Below, one piece after another: positions 12,655 to 24,055 of a stretch of DNA of 64,000 nt. A program made the translations under genes and the position numbers. Position 1 is the stretch's first letter. Each line of letters opens with the position of its first letter. The notes beneath the pieces are model-generated. The model was not told where the DNA came from, ran no database searches, and saw nothing but the letters and a program-made list of their open reading frames with translations. The stretch is from Sphyrna mokarran (taxonomy: Eukaryota), in assembly GCA_024679065.1 (NCBI GenBank), contig JAGIQG010000013.1:19158001-19222000 (forward strand), written 5' to 3'.

Positions 12655-13712
12655 CTGAAAATCAATGGTAACAAGTTATTAGACTTCTAATGGTTTAAAC
12701 TGTTTGTTAGTTTGTACTGATTATTCTCTGGGGCTTATTGAGGACATGCAAGGAGCAATTTTCAACTATGTGTAACTCATCTGAAATATAAAAGGCTGCC
12801 AATTGAAAATTGAAGAAGCATAGTGGCCACCCCCTTGATGCCCAAGGGCCCACTTGACATCATTTTCAGACGAACCTGCAAATGAGGGTGTAGCCCAGCT
12901 CCCATCCCACCCCATCTGAAACAAGTGAGAGATAGCCTCAACATAAGACAGATGTATAGCTACCCTTCAGTACTGCTCTTTTACAACATATTGAATGCAA
13001 CTAAGCCAGGACTCACATCCCCTCCTTGGGTGTGTTTTCCAGTGGCAGAGGCAGCTTGCCATTGACCCCCGCTGGGATCTTCCGGTACCACCGATATCCA
13101 CGGTGCTTTGTGTGTCTCACTTATTCCGTCCTCAGGGAAAGGGGGTAAGGGAGTTGGGGGAGGGAGGACGGGGTGGGTAGTGCCATTCTTCAGCAGGACA
13201 CTAATCCTGCTGGCGGGAAGGGTGAGAAAATCCCACCCTTTTTGCCTGTAATTATCCAGGACCAAGTTCCGTTTGCCCGCCTGTGCTCAGCAGGCTTCCA
13301 GATTGACAATGCCTCAACTTTCTCAGGCTTGTTTTCAAATCCCTCTCTGTCTGTGCCTTTCTGTCATTGCTTCCAGTTTCTCTAGTTCTGGGCTGTTCTT
13401 GGACATGCCAAGACCTGAAGCTGTGTAATTCCATCCCTGAGCCTCTCAATCTGTTTCTCCTGCTTTTAAACAGTCCTTAAAACCTACTTTTGGACCAAGT
13501 AATTGCTCTTCTGTTCTTATGTGACTTGGTGCCAAATTGTGTTTGAACCTACTCCTGTGCTGCAGCTTGAGATGTTTAACTACATTAAGGGGAGCTGTAT
13601 AAATTGCTATTTGAATTTTGTTTCCCTCTGAATTCTCTACCTATAATATAGAAATAAGCATAAAACATTAAAATCAGAAGAGCGATAAATGGTTTGTGGA
13701 TGTGAAACTCAC

Positions 13713-14072
13713 CTTCCACTGTGATACGTGTGCCTTTTCCTTTCCCCATCTGTTGAGGGGGCGGTATCTCATAAGCAACTTCACAAAAATAAATGTTGGA
13801 GTCATTGAAATGAAGATCATTAATTATTAAGGATGAGGAATTTGCTGAGGGGGCCACCATATCATAGTTATGTTTTGGGCAACTGCTGATAGACGTGGAA
13901 TTCTTTTCATTTTGTAATTGTTGACATAATGATTCCGTGCTTGCGTTTCTTTTCCATGAAATCCTCCATTGTTCAGCTGTATTGCTGTATGAACAATGTA
14001 TTTGGGCAGTGTCTCCCTTCAACACTCTGATCTCCGACGGTGATTGGAAGACAGACAGGTTTTTGTCTCCCA
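13713..14072 (-). CDS. IgSF V-C1 receptor: V-set (VJ-type) Ig domain exon, CD28/CTLA4/NKp30-like
   Basis: ttctgcag acceptor and GAAG|gtgagt donor, 360 nt, phase 1-1. Motifs: SVFQSP, GDTAQIHC (B-strand C), ISW (C-strand W), LIINDLHFNDSNIYFC (DxxxYxC), YEIPPP, GKGTRITV (J-like GxGTxxxV). Confidence 0.95.
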
Positions 14073-14799
14073 CTGCAGAAAGTACAAAAAGGATAAAGAA
14101 TACGCAATCTCCTATTTGTAATCATAGAATCTACAATGCAGTAGAAAGCCATTTGGCCCACTGAGCCTGTACCCACAACAATGCCACCCAGGTCCGATGC
14201 CCATAACCTCACATATTTACTCTTGTAATCCCCCTGACACTAGGGGGCAATTTAGCATGACCAATCAACCTAATCCGCATATCTTTAGACTGTGGAAGGA
14301 AACCGGAGCACCCAGAGGAAATCCACGCAGACACGGAGAACGTGCAAACTCCACATAGACAGTGACTCGAGACTGGAATCAAATCCGGGTCCCTGGCGCT
14401 GTGAGTCAGCAGTACTAACCACTGTACCACCCTGAATACAATCATGAATGCAATTCTATGCTGGATATACAAGTCACTTAGTAATCTGTAATTCAATGAA
14501 TTGAATAAGTCTAAAGTTCAGTGTGATTCATTCCACACTCCCCCACCCAAACAAGGTAAATTATCTGGATAGATTGAAAATTTAATACCTTCCAGCACCA
14601 CTCTGCGAAATGAAATCTGTGCAAATCCATTTCTAAAATTCTATCTTCATTGATGTCCTTTCTGCATGTAATTGCTTATACCTGTGCCTATTATTTAAAG
14701 TTTTTCTGTTCTTGTTCTCAGCTCATAGTTTTGTGTTTTTCTCTTTGCAATTTTTACTCTCTGCCTTCCCTTTGCACTGATTCCACGTGATATCACCTG

Positions 14800-15090
14800 G
14801 GGTGGAACAGTGGATAGCACTGCTGCCTCACAGAGATCAAGGATCAGGGTTTGATTCCCGGCTTGGGTCATTGTCTGCACATTTTCTCTGTGTCTCTTTG
14901 GGTTTTCTCCGGGTGCTCCAGTTTCCTCCCACAGACTGAAAGATGTGCTGGTTAAGTGCAACTAGTCACGCTAAATTCTCCTTCAGTGTACCCGAACAGG
15001 CGTCGGAGTGTGTGGCAATTCGGGGATTTTCACAATAGCTTCATTGCAGTGTCAATGTAAGCCTACTTGTGACGAATAAATAAACTTTAT
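14800..15090 (+). mobile_element. Second SINE subfamily with the same head and core but a different tail. Other copies: ~15953-16180, 20735-20995, 22593-22850, 36369-36625, 37930-38130(-), 48390-48635(-), 59950-60240, 60998-61270.
   Basis: Tail ..TTCATTGCAGTGTTAATGTAAGCCTACTTGTGAC(T)AATAAATAAAC. Confidence 0.85.
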
Positions 15091-15643
15091 ATAAAAATGG
15101 GCCATACAACAAGTGTCATTGGTAATTAATGGAAGAACCACCTCTCTCTCACGTGGTGGATGTAAAAATGCAGGCGAAGCAAAGCATAGGATTTTACTTG
15201 GCATATATGTGGCAGGATTTGAACAATGCTGAGTTAGGATTCCATATAGGGTTCAACAGCTCATTCAGTGGAACAATAACAACTCCCACCCTGTGTAATA
15301 ATAAAATACCCCAAAGCACATCATGACAATGAAAATAAGCAGACATTTGAGCAGAAGATGGAGGAAGAATATGCTGGTGATCAAAAGGTAATTTTTAAGT
15401 AGGTTTCATGCACCAAGGAGCAAAGAAGAAATTAAAGATGTGAATATTACAGAGATTGTGGGTGTATTTTTAAAACTATATGACTAATAAAAGTGGTAGA
15501 ACCTATTTCTGTGCTTTGACTTGGAAGATTAAAGGAAGGAATATTACCATTGGCTGGTATGGCAATGAAACATTTCTAGTTTCTTTGTTCTCCCCTTGCA
15601 ATTAATAATTCTTTCATGATATTAGACTTGAATTAAGTCTTAC

Positions 15644-15707
15644 CTGCAATGAGAAAGAAATCAAGCAAAATGCAAAGTTTGACTGCTTGTGTTCCCAGAG
15701 GCGTCAT
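15644..15707 (-). CDS. IgSF V-C1 receptor: leader/signal-peptide exon (MTPLGTQAVKLCILLDFFLIA+1 nt). The exon probably begins at the acceptor at 15722.
   Basis: ATG at 15707. 64 nt ending GCAG|gtaaga (phase 1). Hydrophobic core. Upstream ttatatctttag acceptor. Phase matches the V exon. Confidence 0.8.
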
Positions 15708-16335
15708 TTCATTTACCACATCCTAAAGATATAAGAACAGAAATCACGAAATTTGATAAAACGATAAATACTTAGCTAGTATGTTATAAAAGTGTGATTT
15801 AAAGCACCAATTTACAGCCATAACATTAAGAATGTTCCAAAGTGCTTCACAATGGGTTCAGTGTCCCAGAATTGCCTGGAGTGCTGCATCAGGTGAGAAA
15901 ATCTGTGTGAAACCCATTGGGTTCATGAGCTGCCTTTTCTCCTCTTTTGATAGGGCAGCACATTGGCACAGTGGTTAGTGCTGCTGCTTCACAGCATCAA
16001 GGATCGGGGTTCGATTCCCAGCTTGGGTCGTTGTCTGTGTGGACTCTGCGCGCTCTCCCCGTGCCTGCATGGATTTCCCTCAGTTTCCTCCCACATTCTA
16101 CTGTTTAGGTGCATTGACACAAACAGATGCAGGCTGTGGCAACAGTGTTAATGTAAGCCTTACTTGTGACAAATAAATAAACATTGCTTGATTTAGCAGC
16201 ACTCTGTGCAATTTCAAAATGCTGGCGAGGATCACACAGCCAGCTGAAGGAATGAGGCTTAAATGCACTATCAATGCTGGGATTCTGGGATCAGAAGGGT
16301 TCACAACATTTCATTAACAGCCACATCTAATTAAC

Positions 16336-16830
16336 AGCCAGGACAGTTAGTGGGATTTTGCAAGCCCAGGCAAGTCATAGGGAATTAGTGTGACATGAAC
16401 ACAAGATCCCAGCTAAAGCCCACGGCTTGCTTGGGCTCACGAAATCTCACTAACTGTCCTGGCTATAGACAATACACATCTCTTTAACCTGTACTTGGCT
16501 CCCATTGTCTCAATGCTCAAGAATCTGATTTTCTTGGGTAATCAGTGTCAAGGTTCAACGAAATACAAATATGTAAAATTTCTCACCAAACTAGTGTGAA
16601 ATCTTAAAGATCTGATTCGCTGTAAAGACTCACATGCCAACCATTAGCTTGTAATTTGAGTTTATCGTTATATGCCCTGTTTGTGAACACAACTCCTCAG
16701 TCATCTGATGAGGGAGCAACGCTGCGAAAACTTGTGCTGCCGAATAAACCTGTTGGCCTTTAACCTGGTGTTGTGAGACTTCTTATTGTGCCCACCCCAG
16801 TCCAACGCCCGCATCACCACATCATGACTG
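16336..16830 (+). mobile_element. Penelope-like element remnant with an inverted segment and a hammerhead-like core
   Basis: Inverted repeat at 16336-16464. CTGATGAG...GAAA at ~16705-16729, followed by the AATAAACCTGTTGG..TAACCTGGTGTTGTGAGACTTC repeat shared with 6656-6745, 23930-24055 and ~50010-50060. Confidence 0.6.
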
Positions 16831-16929
16831 CAGAGATATCCTAAGGCTGATCTACCAGCTGTTGCTCCAGAGCCTGAGTTCGTATCTCACTAACTTGATC
16901 AAGTTTTTCAACAAAATGACAAAGATGAT

Positions 16930-17370
16930 AAGAACATAAAAACAAAGAAAATTAGAACCCTTTGGCCATCAAGGCTGTCCATCTTAACTAAAATCCTTAC
17001 GCTTCTGGGAACCATATCCCTCTATTCCCATCTCACTCATGTACTTGTTAACTCGCTCCTTAAAAGGCACTACCGTGTCCACTTCCACTACCTCCCCGGC
17101 AACGAGTTCCAGGCACCCAGCACTCTTGGTGTAAAAAATCTGCCTCGTACATCTCCTTTAAACCTTTTCCCTCACACCTTAAACCTATGCCCCCTAATAA
17201 TTGACTCTTCCACCCTGGGAAAAAGCTTCTGTCTATCCACTCTATCCATGCCTCTTATAATCTTATAGACTTCTATCAGGTATCCCCTCAATCTCTGTCG
17301 CTCCAGTGAGAACAAACCAAGTTTCTCCAGCCTCTTCTTATAGCTAATGCCCTCCATACCAGGCAACATA
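16930..17370 (-). mobile_element. CR1 3' fragment
   Basis: MLPGMEGISY..LGLFSLE..RGHRFKV. Confidence 0.85.
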
Positions 17371-17679
17371 CAAAGAGTCTCGGCCGTTCATCTCTCAAAA
17401 CTCAATCTTGCCCAACACTAATTGCACTTGTATTTATGCTGACATTCGCGTTATGGTCTGAAGGTTTGAAAAAGTGCATTTTTTTGTTTTAATGACTGCA
17501 TCTTAAATTGTAAAGAACACCAGGCTTCTATCAAGAATCTTGATGAATATGCAGATAAATGGAAGCAAATCCACATAGTTGAGGGCAGAACTTTCTTTAT
17601 ACATTAGTTTGGTGAGATATTTGACATATTTGTACCTCATTACATCCTAACACTGACACACCCAAGAATGTGAGCATTT

Positions 17680-17692
17680 AGTTTCACTTTCC
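17680..17692. promoter_or_regulatory. ISRE/IRF-type element AGTTTCACTTTCC (GGAAAGTGAAACT)
   Basis: Exact match to the ISRE consensus, about 2 kb upstream of the leader exon. Function is inferred only. Confidence 0.45.
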
Positions 17693-17875
17693 AAGTTTTA
17701 GATCCTTAGATACCAGGAAGATCCACAGTGTACAGTGGAAAATTCTGGTGTCCATATATGCCCTGTTTGTGAACACAACTCCTCATTCACCTGATGAAGG
17801 AACAGCGCTGCAACAAATATTCTTTTAAAAATTAGTGACAAAAGAACACAGATCTGGATTCCCATGTGGCTTGCT

Positions 17876-17883
17876 TGACGTCA
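17876..17883. promoter_or_regulatory. Palindromic CRE TGACGTCA
   Basis: Perfect 8-mer that retains its CpG, lying between two ISRE-like sites. Confidence 0.35.
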
Positions 17884-18035
17884 GAGAGGTAGAGGGAAAA
17901 GTAATTCTACCAAAAGTTTGTTTCTGGCATACCTGATGTACACCATCAGAACATTGTTTCAAAAAATCGCATTACTGTAGCCCATTATTTCCCACCCATC
18001 ATTAGCATTTGCCCTATGGCGATGAAATGAAAAGA

Positions 18036-18045
18036 TTTCAGTTTC
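18036..18045. promoter_or_regulatory. Second IRF-type element TTTCAGTTTC (GAAACTGAAA)
   Basis: Matches GAAANNGAAA. Confidence 0.3.
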
Positions 18046-18454
18046 TTTTTTGGCAGGAGAATTCCAGTTCATGTAACAGGAGCCAGTTTTCCTGGTTAAG
18101 CAGGATTTTTCATTTGTTTTTGCATTCCTGAGTATGAAGTAGAGGTTTTAAGGAGTTTTAGCTTCTTGAGGTCATGTTCACAAGAAACATGAGCCTTGAA
18201 CCACAGAAACATAGAACATTACAACACAGCAAGTGCTGTAATGAGTTGGAGTAGAATCTCAGTTAAATAATGTTGGAGTACAAATAAACAGATAACCCGA
18301 AGTAATCAAAATTGGACCATGCACTATAATAAGGAAATATTTAAATGTGACCTATCTCATCTCAGTTTGATGGCATACGCCGGCATATATTAAACATTCT
18401 TTTATTCATTCATGGAATGCGGATGTCTCTGTTTGGGCCAGCATTTATCGTCAA

Positions 18455-19380
18455 TCTGTCCCCTTGCTGCTTGTCATTTTCATAAATAACCTGGATGAGG
18501 AAGTGGAAGCATGGGTTAGTAAGTTCGCCGACAATACGAAGGTTGGTGGTGTTGTGGATAGTCTGGAGGGATGTCAGAAGTAGCAGCAAGTCATAGATAG
18601 GATGCAAGAATGGGCGGAGAAGTGGCAGATGGACTTCTACACAGATAAATGTGTGGTGGTCCATTTTGGCAGGAGTACAATATCAAGGATAGGAGTCTTA
18701 GCAGTGTTGAGGAGCAGAAAGATCTCGGGTTCTGGGTCCATAGGACTTTTAAATGGATCTCGTAGGTGGAGGATGTGGTCAAGAAGGTGTACGGTGAACT
18801 AGCCTTCATTAATCGAGGGATTGAGTTTAGGAGTTAGGAGGTAATGCTACAACTTTATAAGACCCTTGTCAGACCCCACTTGGAGTACTGTGTGCAGTTC
18901 TGGTCACCTCACTATAGGAAGGATATGAAAACTATTGAGAGGGTGCAGAGGAGATTTACAAGGATGTTGCCTGAATTGGGAGGCATGCCTTATGAAGATA
19001 AGTTGAGGGAGCTAGGTCTCCTCTCCCTGGTTGAGAGGTTTATAAAATGTTGAGAGGAATAGATAGGATGGATTCTCAGAGGCTATTTCCCAGGGCTGAA
19101 ATGGTCGCTACGAGAGGACACAGGTTTAAGGTGCTGGGCAGCAAGTACAGAGGAGATGTTAGGGATAAGTTTTTTACTCAGAGGGTGGTGAGTGAATGGA
19201 AGTGGCTGCCGTCGGTGGTGGTGGAGGCAAACTCACTGGAGTCTTTTAAAAGACTTCTGGATGAATACATGGGGTTAAATGGGATTGGGAGTTACAGATA
19301 GTTCTATGGCTTAGTAGGTATGGGTATGATCAGCGCAACTTGCGAGCCGAAAGGTCTGTTTATACTGTAGTGTTCTACGT
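18455..19380 (+). mobile_element. CR1 LINE 3' fragment
   Basis: RT C-terminus (KFAD, RPHLEYCVQFWSP, TRGH). Confidence 0.9.
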
Positions 19381-19429
19381 AAATCAAATGCCATTTCAGA
19401 TGGCAATTACGAGTCAAAGATATTGGTCT

Positions 19430-19990
19430 GATTTGATTTGATTTATTATTATCATATGCATACAATGAAAAGCGTTGTTTCTTGATGCTATACAGATAGA
19501 TCATATCATTCATAGAGAAGGAAACAAGAGAGTGTGGAATTTAGTGTTACGGTTATAGCTGGGACGTAGAGAAAGATCAACTTAATGCAAGGTAGGTCCA
19601 TTCAAAAGTCTGACAGCAGTAGGGATGAAGCTGTTCTTGAGTCGGTTAGTACGTGACATCAGATTTTTGTACCTCTTTCCCAATCAAAGAAGGTGGAAGA
19701 GAGAATGTTCAGGGTACATGAGGTCCTTAATTATGCGGGCTGCTTTGCTGAGGCAGTGGGAATTGTAGGCTGACTCAATGGATGAGATTCTGGTTTGCAT
19801 GATGGATTGGATTACATTCACAACCTTTTGTAGTTTCTTATGGTCTAGGACAAGAGCGGGAACCATACCAAGCTGTGATACAATGAGAAAGAGTGCTTTC
19901 TATAGTGCGTCTGTAAAAGTTGGAATGAGTTGTAGCTGCCATGCCACATTTCCTTAGTCTTCTGAGAAAGTAAAGGCATTGCTGGGCCTG
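19430..19990 (-). mobile_element. Rex1/Babar-like LINE 3' end. Similar copies at ~30990-31305 (+) and ~34660-35660 (+, interrupted by a SINE).
   Basis: KAARIIKD..HSLFHLLPSG-type C-terminus and CATGTGACAATAATAAATC(AAATC)n tail. Confidence 0.7.
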
Positions 19991-22900
19991 GAGTCACATA
20001 TAGGTCAGACCGAGTAAGGTTGGCAGATTTCCTTTTCTAAAGTACTTTTGTGAACCAGGTGATTTACTTAATGTCAGATTTTTATTGAATTCAAATGTGA
20101 ACCAGAGGTCCCCAGAGCATTGTCCTGGTTTATTAGTGACATCACTCCAGGCCTCTTCTTCTGCACTGGATATACTCAATGGTATTTTCTCAGTTGTAAC
20201 ATCATTGAGTACTGACTACACAGCTTGATCAACATGCATAGGGCACCAGGGAATTGACAAGATGAATGAAAATGGACAGAAATCATTGGAGATATTCTTG
20301 TTACCAAAGGCTCCGTGTGATAGACAGCTACTTCTAAACCAAGCTACGGCAGTTAGATCTCACATCAACAGCTGTCACAGTGCTGACCATGATATTGATC
20401 ACTCTCTGCTTTGTAGCAAGGTCAGGTTTCAACTGAGGAAACTATATCACTCCAAGAAGAAAGTTTGTCCTCATATCAACACTTGATCTCTGATTTCACC
20501 GGCACATCCACCCTGAAATCAGGGCGGGCAAGACTCGCAGAATGGCATTCTGGCCTCGGGCGCAATCTTATAAGTCACAGGCGGCTGTGTCGGTAAAATC
20601 AGGGCCTTGATGTTTCGGTAATGACCCAGGAGTTCCTCAATATCCTTGACCAGTCTCTTTGTACAACCAACCCCAAGATCAGACTCCGGTTTCAAAGTGA
20701 GATAATCTGTACAACACCATCTATAACTTTGAGCACAGAAGTTAGTACTGCTGTCTCACTGGAATAGGGACCAAAGTTCGATTCCCGACTTGGGGCAATT
20801 TCTATGCAGAATCTGCATGTCTACGTGGGTTTCCTTTGAGTGCTCCGGTTTCCTCCCACAGTCTAAAAGGCATCCTAGTTGGGTGTATTGGCCACGCTAA
20901 ATTTTCTCTCAGTACGTGGCGACTAGGGGATTTTCACAGTAATTTCATTGCAGTATTAGTGTAAGCCTACTTGTGACACTAATAAATAAACTTTAAAAAG
21001 AGAAGTTGAGAAACATAGAACATATTGGCTAAAAGCATAAGCATGTCACCTGCTGGCGGCTATTAATCTGAACTACAGCAATATTATGTCTCATTTGAAA
21101 ATCATTTCTTGAGTGCACCAGTGGCTAAGAGGATAGGAGCAAGATTGAAAAACAAGTGGACTTCTTTTTAGTTCCTAATATCTATGTGCTCTCAACAGAT
21201 TTGAAGGCAATGAAAATAGCTTGCAATGACCTTACTCACTCCATTTCTCAAGTATTTTAACCTGCGCTAATGTTCCATATGCACTAGTTACTGGGGGAAT
21301 ATAGAAACAAAGATCAATACCATTAGGTTGCTGCCTGTTGATATTTATTACACATGCTTATGGTTAAATGGAGTTCAATATATTTAAGTGATTTGCAATT
21401 ACCTTTGGTTCCAACCCACATTGAACGAGCTTCTTCCAAACTTACTTGCACTGATTACATTCAGCCATTATCTCCAGAATTGTCAATTTCTAATGGCTTC
21501 CTATTCTTCAGTCCATTGACTTCAGGGTCTACATCCTTTTTACAATTCCTCATGTCTTCCTATTTAACATCCTCTTGTCCTACCTCTGCGTTCTGACCTA
21601 TTGTGACTGGATTGTCCTCTGGAATCCTCTTGCTAAATCCCCTGGCTTTGTGACATTGGTTTCCATTTTCAAAAGCTACCTTCATACAAACGCTTATCAT
21701 TTGATAATGCCTTGAGTCAATTCCTTGAATTCTATCTTATTCCTGTTTACCTCCGACTTACAATTGTGAAATGTCTTAGGAGGCTTTACGCTTTAATAAC
21801 AGTATTGTATGAATATTATTGGACATCAGGACCTCCTGTTATTCTTCAGTTATTCTTCAAAAAGTGTATCTAAACGCCATTGAAAATCCACAGGCATCAA
21901 CCCACAAACCAAAGAGTGATGTCAAACATAACCTACAAAGTAAAGTGAACAGGATGAAAAATAAACCCATTTTGCATCAGTGTTGACATCAGATGCAGAG
22001 ACTATAGATTTATCTGATTGGTGGACAAACCACACTCTAATAGATCAAAATGTCACAGGTTAGAAATTATTGCTCTGATTCCTTTTCATTCATTTTTGGG
22101 TGGCATATTGGCACGCAAGTGCGAGAAATGCAGTCCATCAGTAAACACCTTAACTTTTACTATAACCTCTGGCATATTCCCACCAGAAGTTGAAACTAAA
22201 TTTAGTTGGGCAATACCCAATAATGGAAAAACATCAATTAATATATTTCCCGTTACCGGCGTCCAGTGTTATTGAGGCTGGCGGATTTAAAACTGAAAGG
22301 GTAACAAAGACCAGTACAATTGGCTATAGAGTGATCAATTGTAGCATGCCAATTAATCTTGCTGTGTCATTTAGTACTGCGGGTCACAATACACCACTGC
22401 AAGTGCAGCAAATATTTCCTTTCCCTCTGCCCCCTAAGACCAGAGATACCACTGTAAGGGCACCACAATTATTATCACTGGAGAATTTACTATGGTCATG
22501 CTACATTGAGGGTAGGTCTGTGCCAAACCTGATCTGTCACTGATTTGACAGCAGTCCCAATGACAAGGAAAATTTAAATCCATGAAATAAACATGGTGGT
22601 TCAGTGATTAGTACTGCCTCACAGCGCCAGGAACCTGGGTTTGATTCCTGGCTTGGATCAGTGTCTGTGTGGAGTTTGCACATTCTCCCCATTGGTGCAT
22701 AGGTTTCCTCCAGGTGCTCCGGTTTCTTCCCACAGTCTGAAAGATGTTCTAGTTAGGTGCATTGACCCGGACAGGCATCAAAGTGTGACGACTAAGTGAA
22801 TTTCACAGTAACTTCATTGCAGTGTTAATGTAAGACTTACTTGTAACAAAAAAAAAATCAACTTTACTTCCTTGGTCCCTTGATCCAGATTCTCCAACCA

Positions 22901-23813
22901 GGGAGACAATGGCTGGAATTTTACCATCCTACTTGCCATGGGACAATGGGAACCTCAGGTGGGATTTTATGGTTTTGTGATGAGTGAGATCATAAAATCC
23001 TGCCCAATATCTCACTATATACCCTGGGGCGGAATCCTGTGGTTAGCATTGCTGCCTCACATCTCCAGGAACCTGGATTCAATTCCCGGCTTGGGTTACT
23101 GTCTGTGTGGAGTTTGCACATTCTCCCTGTGTCTGCGTGGGTTTCTTTTGGGTGCTCCAGTTTCCTCCCACAGTCCAAAGATGTGCGGATTAGATGGATT
23201 GGCCATGATAAGTTTCCCCTTGGTGTTCTGGAATACATAGGTTAGACGGATTAGCAAGGCAAATACGTGCGGTTATGGGGATAGGGCCTGAGTGGGATGA
23301 TGGTTGGTACAGGCTCGATGGGCTGAATGGCTTCCTGCACTGTAGGGTTTCTATATTTCTATCTTCAGAATCGGGAATGTTTCATTAAGATCACCTTTCA
23401 TTCTTCTAATCTTCAGAGTGTACAGACCTAATTTCCTCAGCCTCTTATGATGGTCTGTGAATCTAAAGTAAAAGAAAATAAAACAACTTCTATTTGTATA
23501 ATGCTTGACAGGACCAGTGAGAGTCTCAAAGTGCTTTATAGCCAACAAATTAATTTTCTTAGCATAGTTACTGTTGTAATGAAGGAAATGTAGCAGCCAA
23601 TACCTGTACAGCAAGTACGCACAAACAGATATGCAATCATGATAATGTAGTTACTCTTGGAGAGATGGTGACATAATGGTAAGGTGTTTGGACTAGTAAT
23701 TTGGAGACCAAGGCTATTGATTTGGGGATGCAGCCTCAAATCCCAACATGGCAGCCAAACTATGTTCAATTACTAAATCTGAAATATTAGAAAAAGCCTG
23801 CCTTAATATTGTT

Positions 23814-24055
23814 GGTAAGAGGTCTGACAACACCAATTTTAAATCCAACCGATTTATTTGATAGTAAATTTGCTAGCTTTTGGCCTTTGTGCCTTCGTCA
23901 GGCGAATGAGGTATTTTGGTCCTTATTCACCTGACGAAGGCACAAAGGCCGAAAGCTAGCAAGTTTACTATCAAATAAATCGGTTGGATTTAAAATTGGT
24001 GTTGTCAGACCTCTTACTGAGTTTATCCCAGTGCAACACCGGCATCTCTACATCA
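23814..24055. mobile_element. Fold-back Penelope-like insertion (~95-bp inverted arms) with an 11-bp TSD and hammerhead-like cores
   Basis: Arms at ~23815-23911 and 23921-24017. TTAATATTGTT at 23803-23813 and 24056-24066. CTGACGAAGGCACAAAGGCCGAAA. Confidence 0.75.

Noticed and set aside
13717-13723. RSS heptamer CACAGTG at the end of the V exon
   Set aside because: It is simply the I-T-V codons within the J-like strand, and there is no nonamer at 12 or 23 spacing. The gene is germline-joined.
12349-14072. Calling the gene a bona fide IgL/TCR/IgNAR or naming it CD28/NCR3/SIRP
   Set aside because: It has no RSS or separate J segment, no CART/charged TM, and no interchain Cys. Its domain architecture differs from CD28 and NCR3. 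Orthology needs phylogeny, so no symbol is assigned.
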